DNA from: Mobula hypostoma
Taxonomy: Eukaryota
DNA: 64,000 bases
Reading direction: 5' to 3'
NCBI RefSeq assembly: GCF_963921235.1
Contig: NC_086109.1
Span: 1,984,001 to 2,048,000, forward strand
The position numbers and the translations under genes are program-made. A model generated the notes under the pieces. That model saw only the letters and a list, made by a program, of their open reading frames with translations, ran no database searches and had not been told where the DNA came from. Below, piece by piece: positions 1 through 12,350 of this stretch. The number at the start of each line of letters is the position of its first letter. Within the stretch, counting starts at the first letter, position 1.

Positions 1-804
1 TGGGGGATCTGTTCCTGCCCTCCTGTGCTGTGTCTTTGACTTTGTGCGGCCTCTTCACCCAGGATTGTTGAGGCCTCACAAAAGCCCCTGATATAAAAAT
101 CAATCTTCTTCATGCAGAGAGGCCCTGCTGACCTGGGCTGTGCACTTTACCATCTCACTCTTTCAGGGTCACACCCAGGTGATCTTCCAGCCTCTACCAA
201 CAGTATTTCATTCCACAGACACCAATCATAGAGTGTAAGGAACATTGTCATCTCCACCTACTACCCCCTCCCCTCTTTCCCACCAGCATCAGTCAGAGGG
301 AGACAGATCACCTCCCTCCATCTCCACAGCTTTCCATATACCGACTGAGCGCAGATTCCTGCAACTAACTCAGGCTCTGCGAGTGGGTGATGGGTCAGTG
401 TGAACGGATCTTGCCTCTGTGTCTAATTCCTGTCCTGTGAGTGTGGGAGGACTGTGTCACCGTTTCATACTAGAGGCAGTCAGTCAGTCAGAGTGTGCTG
501 GGGGAGAGGGGTTACTGAGGGTCTGAGTGAGGATGCTGGACTAACATCATTGAGGATACTGTCAGAGACATTGGAGACTACAATTAGAAGGGAGGATATG
601 GGGCTGTTTGGAGTGGATGAAGATATTCAAGGTGAGCGGGGTGGTGGAGCAGAGTGATGTGGGGCTGACTACAGAGGACTGGGGCACGGTGTTGCAGTGA
701 CAGGGAGTTTTCTCTGCCCTGTGGTGGGATGGACTGGATCCATCAATTCCTTGTCACTGGGAGTGTAAGGATGGGATTAATGACAAAATCTTTTATCTCC
801 CCAG

Positions 805-990
805 ATCCAGATCTCAGAACATCATACAATGGTTGGAAGGTTGCCACCGTGATCCTCATCGTGATCCTCATCCTCATCCTCGTCGTAATCGTCATTCTGT
901 ATCTGGTTTATGATAAAAGCTGCATAAAGCTGCATGATTCTTGCTCACGTGGGAACAGAAGTAAGGGAAAGAAATCTGGTACACCTGACG
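805..990 (+). CDS. Transmembrane exon of IgSF paralog 1 (phase 1-1, 186 bp)
   Basis: Acceptor ttttatctccccag, donor GACG|gtaggt. Encodes DPDLRTSYNGWK-VATVILIVILILILVVIVILYLVY-DKSCIK...GKKSGTPD. The upstream intron is the inverted homolog of 43000-43260. Confidence 0.75.
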
Positions 991-1297
991 GTAGGTGTCT
1001 CCTCCCCCCCAAAAAAAAATCCAGTACCGAAAACTCTAGCCAGGAATAGCAGCAGGAGGGGCTCGGTCTGCAGGCAAGTGTCTCCCATTCCGACCCTGAG
1101 GACATGGGGTCCCACCTCAGGAATAAGGTTCAGGCTGGGGCAAGAGTGTGAGGTTTGGGAGGAGGAGTTGAACTGGGTAGAGGGCTGTGGAGAGGAGTTG
1201 GGGGAAAGGAGTTGGCCACAGCACTCTGTCCCATCGACTCGGTGGGGACATCAGGGCTGAACAGTGGATCAGTCTGGGTTCTGGTATCCCCCCCGAG

Positions 1298-1372
1298 GGA
1301 GACACCAAGCACAGACTCCCTTGAAAGAGACCACAGATGCCAGCATCCCAGGAGGGAGTCCCCAGCTCACAG
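1298..1372 (+). CDS. Putative cytoplasmic exon of paralog 1 (75 bp, phase 1-1)
   Basis: Open frame GRHQAQTPLKETTDASIPGGSPQLT, donor ACAG|gtagcc; the acceptor is a weak GAG. Homologous to the exon at 4818. Confidence 0.5.
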
Positions 1373-1742
1373 GTAGCCACTGAGGAAGACTGCAACACAA
1401 GCCACCCCCTTCACCTGGACATCTAGTACCTCGCCACAGACCCAGTTATTGGGTAATGGAGCCCAGACCCAATGCAGAGTGAGGAGGTTGGGAGTGGGTT
1501 TCTATCCCGGTGGAACTTCTGTTCTTGTTCCACAGTCCCAGTGGGGTTGGACCCTCACTCTATCGAGAGGACAAGGATTCAGATGCAGCATAGAAGCAAA
1601 GCAAAGGAGGCATACAATATGGCAAAGTTTAGCAGGAAGCTTTTAAGACCTAGTGGGGAACAATTGTAAAACCAATAAGGCAAAAAAGATGGAAAGACAA
1701 GGGTAAATTATCCAATAATGTAAAAAAAAAATTTCAACATCT

Positions 1743-2420
1743 TTAACGAACTGCCTGCAAGGATATTGGTTCCCCTTGGATTCGGGTGCAACCCATCCCT
1801 TTGGAACAGGTCATAGATTCCCCAGCAGAGATCCCTTTGATCCAGAAATCTGAACCCCTGCCCCCTGCACCTGTCCTCAGGTGCACAGTTCTCTGCCCAA
1901 TGATCCTATTTTGTACCAAGACTTCTGGATGCTGACCCTCTCCCTTTAGAATGCCATGGACTCGATCTGAGATGTAACTGACCATGGCACCTGCGAGGCA
2001 ACATATCATCCGGGTTCTATTACGTCCACAGAAAACCTTCTGTACTTCTTTAACTTTGGAATTCCCTATCACTACTGCAGTCTTTTCCATTCCCTTCTGG
2101 GCCATAGTTCCAGAGTCTAGAGACCTGGTCATAGTGGGACCTCCCCTGCCATCCCTTCCCCCCACTCCGGTAGGTCATCCCCCTCAACAGCATCCAACAA
2201 GGTATCATCATTATTGAGGGGATTGGCCACAGGGGTACTTTGTACTGGCTGCCCATTTCCCTGTCTTCTGACAGTCACCCAATTACCTGCCTTCTGCAAC
2301 TTGGGAGTTACCACCTCATTGTACCTCCTATCATCACCTCTTCTGATTTCTGGATCATTGGGATCTGCTCTGGGGAAGGATGACCTGTGCAATAGGGTTG
2401 AATAACACCTGAACCCTAGT
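1743..2420 (-). mobile_element. CR1 LINE ORF1 (SGNH esterase) fragment
   Basis: AVVIGNSKV...ICCLAGAMVSYISDRVHGILKGEGQHPEVLV matches the CR1 ORF1 seen at 13100-13640. Confidence 0.75.
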
Positions 2421-3990
2421 AGATGGTTCACTTGAACTTGGCAATTGGGAAGGTTTTAAAATCGATTATAAAAGATAAAATTTCAGGATACTTGGAAGCA
2501 GGCGATAGAATAGGGTGAAGTTCGCACAATTTTGTTCTAATTATTTGAGAACGTAACAGGCCAGCTGAGAAAGGAGGGTATAAGCTCCAGCAATTTACAA
2601 GTACTTTCACAAGGTATTTGACAAAGTTACACTCACGAGGCTATTAAACAAGATGATACAAAATTTTGAAAGGGATAGATAAGATAGAAGTAGAAAAGTT
2701 GTTTCCATTGCTCGGTGAGACGAGAACTAGGGGATATTACCTCAAGATTCAGGGGAGAAAATTTAGGATGGAGATGAGGAGAAAATGTTTTTCCCAGAGA
2801 GTGGTGAATCTGTGGAATTCTCTGCCCAGGGAAGCAGTTGAGGCTTCCTCACAAGATATAGTTAAGAAACAGTTAAATAGGTTTTTACATAGTAAGGGAA
2901 TTAAGGGTTATGGGGAAAAGGCAGGTAGATGGCGATGAGTTTACATACGGATCAGCCATGATCTTATTGAATGGTGGGGCAGGTTCGATGGGCTGGATGG
3001 CCTACTCCTGCTCCTATTTCTTATGTTCTTATGTTTTTAAGAGCCTATGGCATCGTTGGTAAGGTACAGCATGGATAGAAGATTGTCTGACTGGCAGAAG
3101 TTAGAGAGAGTGGGAATATAAATGCTGTTTTTGGAACACCTGCCACAGACGAATGGAGTATCAAAGGGTTCTGGGCTGGGACGGCACCTTTTCACATTAC
3201 ACATGAATGGTCTCGATGAAGGACCAGATGGCATTGTGGATATATCAGGATCAAGATAGCTGGAGGTACAGTTGGTGTCACAGAGGCACAGGGTCGAGTC
3301 TGCTGCAGGACTTGGAGAGCTTGGGAGAATGGGCAAAGAAGACAATTTTTAGGAAATGAGAGTTTGTGCACTCTGAGAGGAAGAATAATGTTGTAGCCTG
3401 GAATGAAATGGACAGACAATTCACGTTGAGTCAGTATTAAAGGAGGGAAATACATTGTTAGTATTTAGTTTGGAAAGGGTGTGGATATAATAGCAAGAAC
3501 GAACTGCTGAGGCTTTATAAGGAGTTGCTTAGACCCCATATGGAATATTGTGAACAATTTGGGTACTGTATCTAAGGAAATATGTGCTGCCTCTGGAGAG
3601 GGTCCAGATAATGTTCACAAGAATAATTACAGGAGTGGAAGTCTTCAGGTATGAGGAGTGTTTGGCAGCTTTGGGCCTGAAAAGGATGGACTTCAGAAGG
3701 GTGATGGAAAGGATTCACTAAATCATAACAGATACTGAAACGCCTGGATGACATGAAGGTGCAGAGGATGTTTATGTCAGTGGGAGAGTCCAGGACACAA
3801 GGGCACAGACTCGGAATAAAGAAATGTGCTTTTGGAACTGCGGTGAGAAGGAATTTTTTCAGCCAGAGGCCAGGAATCTGGAATTTAAGGATGAGATTGA
3901 AAGGTTTTCAATTGGTAGAGTAGTTCAGAGTTACAGAGAAAAGGCAGGAGAATGTGGCTGCATAAGGAACCAACAATAATTAATAGATGG
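2420..3990 (+). mobile_element. Two degenerate CR1 RT/3-prime fragments
   Basis: FHKVFDKV motif, C-terminus RTRGYYLKIQGRKFRMEMRRKCFSQRVVNLWNSLP, (tatgttct)-type tail near 3030; a second RT fragment follows. Confidence 0.75.
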
Positions 3991-4149
3991 AACAGGCTCA
4001 AAGGGCTAAATGTCTTAAATTTCCTCCTATATTTTATGGTCTTACAGATCTGCAATAAATTGTGCGGACCACACTCCTCGATCTTGGCACCCCATTTCCT
4101 GTTCCTTATCACCCAGATTTGGGTTTATAACTGTTGCTAAACCCATCAT

Positions 4150-4500
4150 TCACACAGTCACTGGGGTTATACCGACTCACACGCACCTAGTCACTGGAGT
4201 ACCCCCCAATACTGTCACTGGGATTCATTATCCCCACACACAGCCAGTCACTGGGGTGCACTGTCCCCCACACACCCAGTCACTGGGGTGCACTGTCCCC
4301 CACACTGCCGGTCACTGGGTCACAGTGTCCCGGCACACCCCGTCGCTGGGTCACAGTGTCCCCGCACACCCCGTCGCTGGGTCACAGTGTCCCTGGGTCA
4401 CAGTGTCCCTGTACATGTGGTTACTGGAGTACCCTGTACCCCTCATAACTGGTTACTGGTGTACAGTGTTCCCTACACACCCACTCACCGGGATTTACTG
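4150..4500. repeat. Degenerate minisatellite (cacacacccagtcactgggg-like unit)
   Basis: Repeated gtcactggg / cacagtgtccc units visible directly. Confidence 0.8.
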
Positions 4501-4817
4501 TCCTCCACACACCCAATTGTGAGATGTGGTGGGGAGACTTTGACTTGTGTGGGTGTGATGTTTTGTAGGATATTGATCAGTGTGAGAGATAGAGGCAGAG
4601 TAACTAAAATGAAGTTTATGGGACACGTCAGTGGAGATGGGAATGAGGAAGGGAGTCGGGGTGTAGTGATTTGCGACAGTGGAGGTGACATTGCAGAGGA
4701 TGTGTAGGAACCAGATGAACATATCTGAGGTTGAGGGTCACTGGGAGATTCTGTGGAGGGAAGGCCAGGTATCAGTATCACTACTGGAAGCCCTCAACTC
4801 TGCTCTCTATCCCACAG

Positions 4818-4882
4818 GCCAAGTGGAGACCCAGCCTTTGGAAGATCAAAAGAAGGAGCCTGCAACTAATGCCCCGGAATAG
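4818..4882 (+). CDS. Putative alternative terminal cytoplasmic exon of paralog 1
   Basis: Acceptor tctctatcccacag, phase 1 GQVETQPLEDQKKEPATNAPE*. Paralogous to 1298-1372, but the donor position reads AT instead of GT. Confidence 0.45.
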
Positions 4883-5394
4883 AACCCAGCTCACAGATAC
4901 CCCCTCCATTGGGACAGCGAGTACCTCTCCAAACCCAATCACTGGGAAAAGTTGACCACAACCTCCTAGCCCCACAAGCACAGAGGGTGTGTGTAGGGGG
5001 TGGTCCTCCCCTCTACTGGAACACCTGCCTTTGTTCAACAATCCCAAATTGCCTTATATACTGTGGGTTTTTCAGTGACTGGTGATAACCCCACTCCTGG
5101 ATCTGGGATCCTTTCTACTGCACACAGTCCTGTGTCCACTACATGACCACCTGTCTCCCTCCTTTTTCTCCCTGCTGCTCAGATCTAATACTGCCCACCT
5201 TTCCTCCTGACTCTAGTCCTCAGAATTTACAACTTTCTTGTCCTCTGTCAGTATGCTCTCCTGTGTCCCCACCCGAAGCCCTGTGTCAACATCATTCCCC
5301 AGCATCCCCACACATCCCCAGGTAGTCCCCACACTCTGTCATCACAGAATGCTCCGTTCATGTTCTCACCTTTTTTCTCGTCCCCTAACCCACC

Positions 5395-6720
5395 TGGGTA
5401 AAGTCCATCAGACCACAAGACATTGGTGCAGAATCAGGCCATTCAGCCCATCGAGTCAGCTCCATTATTTGATCAAGGTTGGTCCATTTCCCTCTCAATC
5501 ACATTCTTCTGCCTTCTCCACATAATCTTCCATGCCCTGACTCATCAAGAATCCATCAACCTCAGCCCTGAATACACTCAATGATCTGGCCTCCAAAGCC
5601 ACCAGTGGTAACAAATTCCACAGATGCAACACCCTCTGGCTAAAGAAATTCCTCCTCATCTCCTTTTCAAATAGACATCTCTCTATTCTGACATTGTGAC
5701 CTCTAGTCCTGTACTCTCCCACAATCAGAAACATCCTCTCCACATCCAGTCTATTTAGTACTTTCAACATTCAATAGGTTAGAATGAGGTCCTCCTTCAT
5801 TCTCCTAAATTTCAGTGAGTACTGTTCCAGAGCTATTGAATGTTGCTCATATGATAAGACTCTCAAGTCCAGAAACATTTTCTGAGCCTCCTCTGTACCC
5901 TCTCCAATGTCAGTACATCTTTTCATACAGAAGTGTCTTTAGAGAATCCTGCACAAGGAATCACATGTCTCTAGGGTTTTGGCCTGAAACATCAACTGTA
6001 CTCATTTCCATAGATGAGCTGCTTGGATCTCCAGCATCTGCAGTGTTACTCCTGTTTCTGACTGTATTCCCTTTGCACTTTGGATTTATGAATTTTCTCC
6101 CCGTTTGGAAAATAGTCTACCATTTTTACCTCCTCCCAAAGTGCATGACCATTTAGTTCCCGACACGATGTTCCATCTGGCACTTCTTTGCCCGGTCTCC
6201 TCATCTGTCCATCTTTCTGCAGCCTCTCTGCCTCTGCAACACTATCTGCCCCTCTAACTACCTTCATATCATCCACAAACTTGCCCACAAAGCCATCAAT
6301 TCCATCATCCAAATCATTGATATACAACATGAAAAGAATAAGTCCCAACATCACTACCTGTGGAACACAATTTGCCAGCAGCAGCCAATCAAAAATATTC
6401 ACTGTATTCATACTTTTTGTCTCCTAATTATCCAATGATCTTCCAATCCTATGTCATCTCTTTCCAAGGATATGATTTATTTTTTATCAACAGGGCTATG
6501 CTTCACCCTCTGCCTACCTGCCTGTCATTTCAATACAATGTGTATCCATGGAAATTAAACTCCCAAGAATAATTTTCCTTCCCATGGATGTTAAGCTCCC
6601 AACTATTTTTCTTTCAGTTATGACTCAGTGATGCCCACAACATCATACCTGTCAATCTCTAACTGTGCTACAAGACCGTCTATCTTATTTTGCATGCAGC
6701 GTGCATTCAAATATAACACC
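5395..6720 (-). mobile_element. CR1 RT and 3-prime fragments
   Basis: Minus-strand ORFs with LYINDLDDGIDGFVGKFVDD and RTRGHNVRI...FFSQRV. Confidence 0.75.
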
Positions 6721-6897
6721 TTCAGTTAGCTGTTTTCCCTTTGATAAACTTGTCAGCCCCAGCTGATCAGTCACCCTGAGCTTCACAATGTACTGCAGCC
6801 CCACACTGTAACTTCCTGTTCCCCACCCCACAACCCCTCCCGGGACATCCCTTCCAATTCTCATTGCCTGATTAACCATTGACATCCTGAAAGACAG

Positions 6898-7103
6898 TCC
6901 CAGAGGTTGGAGCCGAGGGTGGAGCCTGTGCAAAACCCAGGATGTCGGATGTTGTGGAGGATCCTGTGAAGCCCCTCCCAAGATTCTGGGGCTGTGGACG
7001 GCCACACACTGCAAGTGGTTTATTGTTAATATTGTGTGCTCCCTGCCAACATGAACCAGTGAAGGTTTCACCAGTGAAATCACGCTGCAGTCTTTCAGCC
7101 TGA
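6898..7103 (+). CDS. Candidate terminal exon of paralog 1
   Basis: Phase-1 open frame VPEVGAEGG...CSLSA* starting at an AG conserved with the inverted homolog at 41712 (VPEIEINQ...). The polypyrimidine tract is weak. Confidence 0.35.
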
Positions 7104-7379
7104 GAGCCTGCTGATGAGGTATTGGGCAGAGGGCACATTTTTTATCTGTGCACTGTCAAATTTAATAGCTTGGCCAGCATCTGTGGAGAGTTAATGTTTC
7201 AGGTCACACACATCTCTCTCCACAGGTGCTGCCTGACTTGCCTCAGGCTTCCAGCAGTTCCTGATTTTCCTAGAGATTTCCAGCTTGTACAATTGCTTTA
7301 TATTTACTGCTTGAGATTGTCTACTTTATAATAAATTCTTATACAATATTTTCCCAGACCATTCTGCTATTGGATGTTG

Positions 7380-8640
7380 TTGGGTTGCGGCAAGTTTTCT
7401 AATATATGGATGGGTACAGGGGCCAGAGGGTGTTACACAGATTTGGATGGATGGAAGGACTGTTGCTGTCTGGGCCAAAGTGGGGTTACTGAGAAATGAA
7501 TGAATGTTAGGGTTGTAGGAGTTACAGAGAGATGGATATTTATAGGGGCCGGAGGGGATTACAGAAAGATGAATGGGTGTAGGGGCTGGAGGGCAGTACA
7601 GGGAGATGGATGAGTGTAGGGGCTGGAAGAGGTTGCAGAGAGATGGGTGGATGTAGGGTCTGGAGGGGGTTACAGAGAGATGGATAGGTATAGGGGCCAG
7701 AAGGGGTTTCACAGAGACGGGACGGATGTAGGGGCCACAGCGTATTGTTACGTACCCCGTAACTGGGTTGCCAAACCAGCAGAAAGGGATCACTCAGTTG
7801 GAGTCTGGATTACTGGAACTAAGAAAGTTTTATTAAAGAAATAAGCAACACAGTACTCTAATCAAAAGGATAATGAATGCAACAGTTCAGCAATGATAAA
7901 CACACATGTACACAGAAACTAGGATAATAGGATCAATCAAGCTCTATCGTCGTCTAGGGGTAAATGACCAGTTTCAAAGTGATGCGAAGTTCAGTTCAAT
8001 TGAGTTCAGTTCAGTTCACAGTAATCACTGCCGTGGGGGAGAGAGAGAGAAAGCGAATGAATATTCAAAATAAAAACGGCTTCCACACAGACCTTCGATA
8101 TTCCTCGCAGTCAGCTTTCGGGCGAGCCCTTTGTAATGTGTTCTGAGGTCACCGACTATGACCCCTCCGTTCCTCTACAGTGAACCTGGCACCCAGGCAA
8201 GGGCGGACACACACCAGGTTCCCGCCGATCGTACCTTTCCACCCTGTGCGTCTATGGCTTGGTCCCGGGACCAGCCCTCCGAAAACTGCCACCGACTTGT
8301 GGGAGACGCACCACTTCCAGGGTCGTGTGCGTCTTGCCTTAGCGAACCTGTCCCTTTTTATCCCCCTGCTGGGGTATCGCCTGTCCATCACTTCAAACAG
8401 TTCAGGGTTCAAAGAGGAGCCGGTCTTGACAGCTCTCCCGTCTCTTCATTAACATTTCCAATGCTGCTCCATTGTTTTCCTTATCTCTCTTTCTCCTGAA
8501 GACAGGTGGCAGATCAACTGCTGATCCCACTGGTGCCAGCACAGGACAGTTAACATCTTAGTCTATGTGTACTTTCGTCACAGTATTACTGAGAGATGCA
8601 TGAGTGCAGCGGCCGGAGGGGATTACGGAGAGATGGATGG
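7380..8640. repeat. About 37-bp minisatellite (ggggttacagagagatggatgggtgtaggggctgga-like) split by an LTR
   Basis: Units at 7380-7745 resume at 8583. Confidence 0.75.
7746..8582 (-). mobile_element. Solo LTR (Gypsy-type), 837 bp
   Basis: TG...CA ends, 4-bp TSD GTAT at 7742-7745 and 8583-8586, minus-strand AATAAA near the left end. Confidence 0.85.
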
Positions 8641-9094
8641 GATCCACGGGAAGGACACTGGAATTGAACACTGAACTCTGACGCTCTGTGAAGCTCCTCA
8701 CATCCCACCCTTTCACTGACCAACACCCATATGGCACTCCCTGCCTCCCACCCCCACCCCTGAGAGGCGGCTGAGATTACTGGGTGACTTCGGGGTTGGG
8801 GAGGAGAGACTGAGGACAGATATTGACCCACAGCAGCACCCGTTGTCCTGTGTTGTCCTCCTTCTCTCACCCTGTTCCATTGCTTCCACTTTCCTTCCCC
8901 ATTTTACTCCCTGTGGTGCCCTCAACTCCTCGCTCCCCATCTCCCTCGTGGATCTGAGACGCGCGGCGGAGGAAGTTAGCTCATGGCCTGCTGTGATCTG
9001 ATTGGGCAACCCATGGACCAGCGCTCTAGGATTGGCCAAAGTGGTTGTGGAACAATCCAATTGGACACTATTATTACCGCACATCTGATTGTCC

Positions 9095-9302
9095 ATCACC
9101 TGTCCAGCTCTTGGCTCCATCCCGCCCCCTCCTGCCTTCTCCTATCATTTTGGATCTCCCCCTCCCCCTCCCACTTTCAAATCTCTTACTAACTCTTCCT
9201 TCAGTTAGTCCTGATGAAGGGTCTCGGCCCGAAACGTCGATTGTACCTCTTCCTAGAGATGCTGCCTGGCCTGCGGTGTTCACCAGCAACTTTGATGTGT
9301 GT
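9095..9302 (+). mobile_element. Penelope-like element 3-prime/pLTR fragment
   Basis: 9-bp TSD TGATTGTCC at 9086-9094 and 9303-9311; same tail as the copies at 10900-11420 and 54157-54497. Confidence 0.75.
9207..9242 (+). ncRNA. Minimal type I hammerhead ribozyme motif
   Basis: AGTC-CTGATGA-A-GGG TCTCGG CCC-GAAAC-GTC-GATT: intact core, stem II, and stem I AGTC/GATT. Confidence 0.65.
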
Positions 9303-9894
9303 TGATTGTCCGTCGCCTGGCTGCCGTGTTTACTGATTGGCTGCTGGAATAACGCACTCACTGATTGGGTCGGCTGGAGGCAGTGCAACACGCCGCTGAC
9401 CGGACGGATCAGGAGCCGCCGGACTGGTTCGCTGATGTGACGGTGACGGTGACCGCAAAGCGACACCATGGAGCTGACGCCGACTCTTCGGTTTGCGGTC
9501 TTCGTGGGTGAAAGGGTCCGGGGAAGGTGGTGTATTGGCGGGACACCCTTCCTCCGGTCTGTGGACGCACCCGTTCCTCTCAGACCGGGCCTTCCCCACA
9601 ATCCCTCCACCCCCACCCCGTCTGTTAGATTCTTCATCTGTCAACAGGGGGAAAATAACTGGGCGAAGGCAGAGGAATAATAAAATAACGGAGGAATTAA
9701 ACTAATATTGTTATGCCCATGTTAGTGGGAGACATAGATGAGAACCGCTGCCTCTCTTAAACACAATATATATACACACATACATACATATTTGCATATA
9801 TATTGGGGAGGGGGTGTTGCCTTTTTAGAAACACAATGCAATTATCCTTACTGTAATACTACAGCTCCTGTTTAGCCAAGTTTCCATCGAACTC

Positions 9895-10812
9895 AATTTA
9901 TAAGTTTGCTGATGACAACACAATTGTAGGCCGTATCTCGGGTAATGACGAGTTTGAGTACAGAGAGGAAATTAAGAACCTGGTGACATAATGCGAAGAC
10001 AATAACCTATCCCTCAACATCAGCAAGACGAAGGAATTGGTTGTTGACTCCAGAAGGAGTAGCGGATCGCACGACCCCACTTACATTGTTGATGCGCAAG
10101 TGGAACAGGTCAAAACCTTTAAGTTCCTCGGGGTCAATATCACAAATGACCTGACTTGGTCCAACCAAGCAGAGTCCACTGCCAAGAAGGCCCACCAGCA
10201 CCTTTACTTCCTGAGAAAACTAAAGAAATTTGGCCTGTCCCCTAAAACCCTCACTAATCTTTATAGATGCGCCTTGGAAAACATTCTTCTCGGGTGCATC
10301 ACAACCTGGTATGGAAGTTGTCCTGTCCAAGACCGGAAGAAGCTGCAGAAGATCGTGAACACGGCACAGCACATCACATCACGCAAACCAATCTTCCGTC
10401 CTTGGACTCACTTTACACCGCACGCTGTCGGAGCAGTGCTGCCAGGATAATCAAGGACACGACCCACACAGCCAACACACTGTTCGTCCCTCTTCCCTCC
10501 GGGAGAAGGCTCAGGAGCTTGAAGACTCGTACGGCCAGATTTGGGAACAGCTTCTTTACAACAGTGATAAGACTGCTGAACGGATCCTGACCCGGATCTG
10601 GGCCATATCCTCCAAATATCCTGACCTGCCACTCGGTTTTTTTGCACTACCTTACTTTCCCTTTTCTATTTTCTATTTATGATTTATAATTTAAAATTTT
10701 AATATTTACTATCGATTTGTAATCCAGGGAGCGTGAAGTGCAGAATCAAATATCGCTGTGATGATTGTACGTTCTAGTATCAATTGTTTGGCGACAATAA
10801 AGTATAAAGTAT
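9895..10812 (+). mobile_element. 5-prime-truncated Rex1/Babar-type LINE
   Basis: YKFADD...LNISKTKELVVD...FKFLGVNITNDLTWS...LPSGRRLRSL, followed by a (aaagtat) tail. Confidence 0.8.
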
Positions 10813-10899
10813 ACTCAGGAAATGTGTGTTGAAGGAAAGACTATCGGCTTGTTTACTGTGTTACGCAGGACAGAGTTAAGGGAATCTTCAAGACAAGAA

Positions 10900-11420
10900 A
10901 AACACGAGAAAATTTGCAGATACTGGAGATCCAAAGCAGCACACAAAATGCTGACGGAACTCAGCATCTATAGAAAAGAGTAAACAGTCGAAGCTACGGG
11001 CCCAGCCCTTCATCGGTACTGCACAGAAGGGCAAAATTTAGAATAAGAAGGTGGGGAGAGGTGAAAGGTGAAACTGGAATGGGGAAGGGGAGCGGGTGTA
11101 GTGAGGAAGAGCTGGGAAGGTGATTGCTGAAAGAGATAAAGGGCTGGAGAAGGTTGCAATCTGATGATGATCTGCAGGTTGGAAGAGAAGGTGTGAGAGG
11201 GAAACAAGAATGGGAAGTAGTGAAGGAGAGGAGGAGGCGGCAATTTTCGGAAGCTTGAGAAACCGATATTCATGCATCTGATTGAAGGATACCCAGACAG
11301 AATATCAAAGTATTGCTCCTCTGACCTGCGTGTGGCTTCATCCTTGGCAGTAGAGGCTACACTACAGACAACGGGGGATCCGAATCTCCAGTTGTCGTGT
11401 GGGAACGGATGACTGAGGTT
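10900..11420 (-). mobile_element. Penelope-like element 3-prime fragment (GIY-YIG C-terminal region plus degenerate hammerhead)
   Basis: DEATRRSEEQYFDI...MNIGFSSFR resembles the PLE C-terminus; core decayed to CCGATGA...GTAG. Confidence 0.65.
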
Positions 11421-11439
11421 TGAGTTCATACATAGAAAC

Positions 11440-12350
11440 ATATAAAACCTACAGCACAATACAGGCCCTTTGGCCCACAAAGCTGTGCCGAACATGTCCT
11501 TACATTGGAACTACCTAGGCTTACCCATACTCTATAGAATCATAGAACCATAGAACACTACAGCACAGTACAGGCCCTTCGACCGTCAATGTTGTGCCGA
11601 CCCATATAATCCTTTAAAAAAGTACCAAACCCGCACTACTGCGTAACCCTCTATCTTCCTTTTATCTTAGGTTCTTAAATACTCCTAATGTTTCAGCCTT
11701 CATCACCATCCCTGGCAAGACATTCCAGGCACCCACAGCCCTCTGTAAAAAACTTACCCCTGACGTCTCCCTTATACCTCCTTCTCTTAACTTTGTACAT
11801 ATGCCCTCTGGTGTTTGCTATTCGTGCCCTGGGAAACAGGTACTGGCTATCCAGCCTCTCATAATCTTGTAGACCTCTATCGAGTCCCCCCTCATCCTCC
11901 TACGCTCCAAAGAGAAAAGTCCCAACTCTGCAAACCTTGCCTCATAAGACTTGTTTTCCAATCCAGGCAACATCCTGGTAAATCTCCTCTGCACACCCTT
12001 CCTATAAGGAGGTGACTAGAACTGAACACAATACTCTAAGTGTGGTCTCACCAGAGATTTGTAGAGTTGCAACATGACCTCTCTACTCTTGAACTCAATC
12101 GCCCTATTAATGAAGCCTAGCATCCCATAGACCTTCTTAACTATCCTATCAACCTGTGCAGCGACCTTGAGGGATGTATGGAGGTGAACGCCAAGGTCCC
12201 TCTGTTCGTTCATACTCTTAAGTAACCGATCCCTGTACTCAGCCTTCTGGTTTGTCCTTCCAAAATGCATCACCACACACTTATCCGGATGGAAATCCAT
12301 CTTCCACTTTTCTGCCCAAATCTGTTTTTCTAAGATCCATATATCCATCT
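11440..12350 (-). mobile_element. CR1 3-prime fragment(s)
   Basis: ORF 12016-12348 with QRDLGVHLHTSLK...LYKSLVRPHLEYCVQF. Confidence 0.85.

Larger units (their letters stand above)
8940..9530 (+). promoter_or_regulatory. CpG-rich candidate promoter and first exon with a phased CCAAT array
   Basis: ATTGG at 9001, 9031, 9060, 9336 and 9364, ATTGT at 9088, GGAAGT near 8971, many CpGs, Kozak-like gacaccATGG at 9468. Confidence 0.55.

Noticed and set aside
167-386. Micro or stalk exons of paralog 1 (167-178, 219-234, 330-386)
   Set aside because: AG/GT pairs exist and 330-386 is open in phase 1, but there is no paralogous support in cassettes A or C and one candidate is not a multiple of three.
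4150-4500. Repeat arrays resembling CRISPR
   Set aside because: Degenerate eukaryotic minisatellites with no unique spacers and no cas genes.
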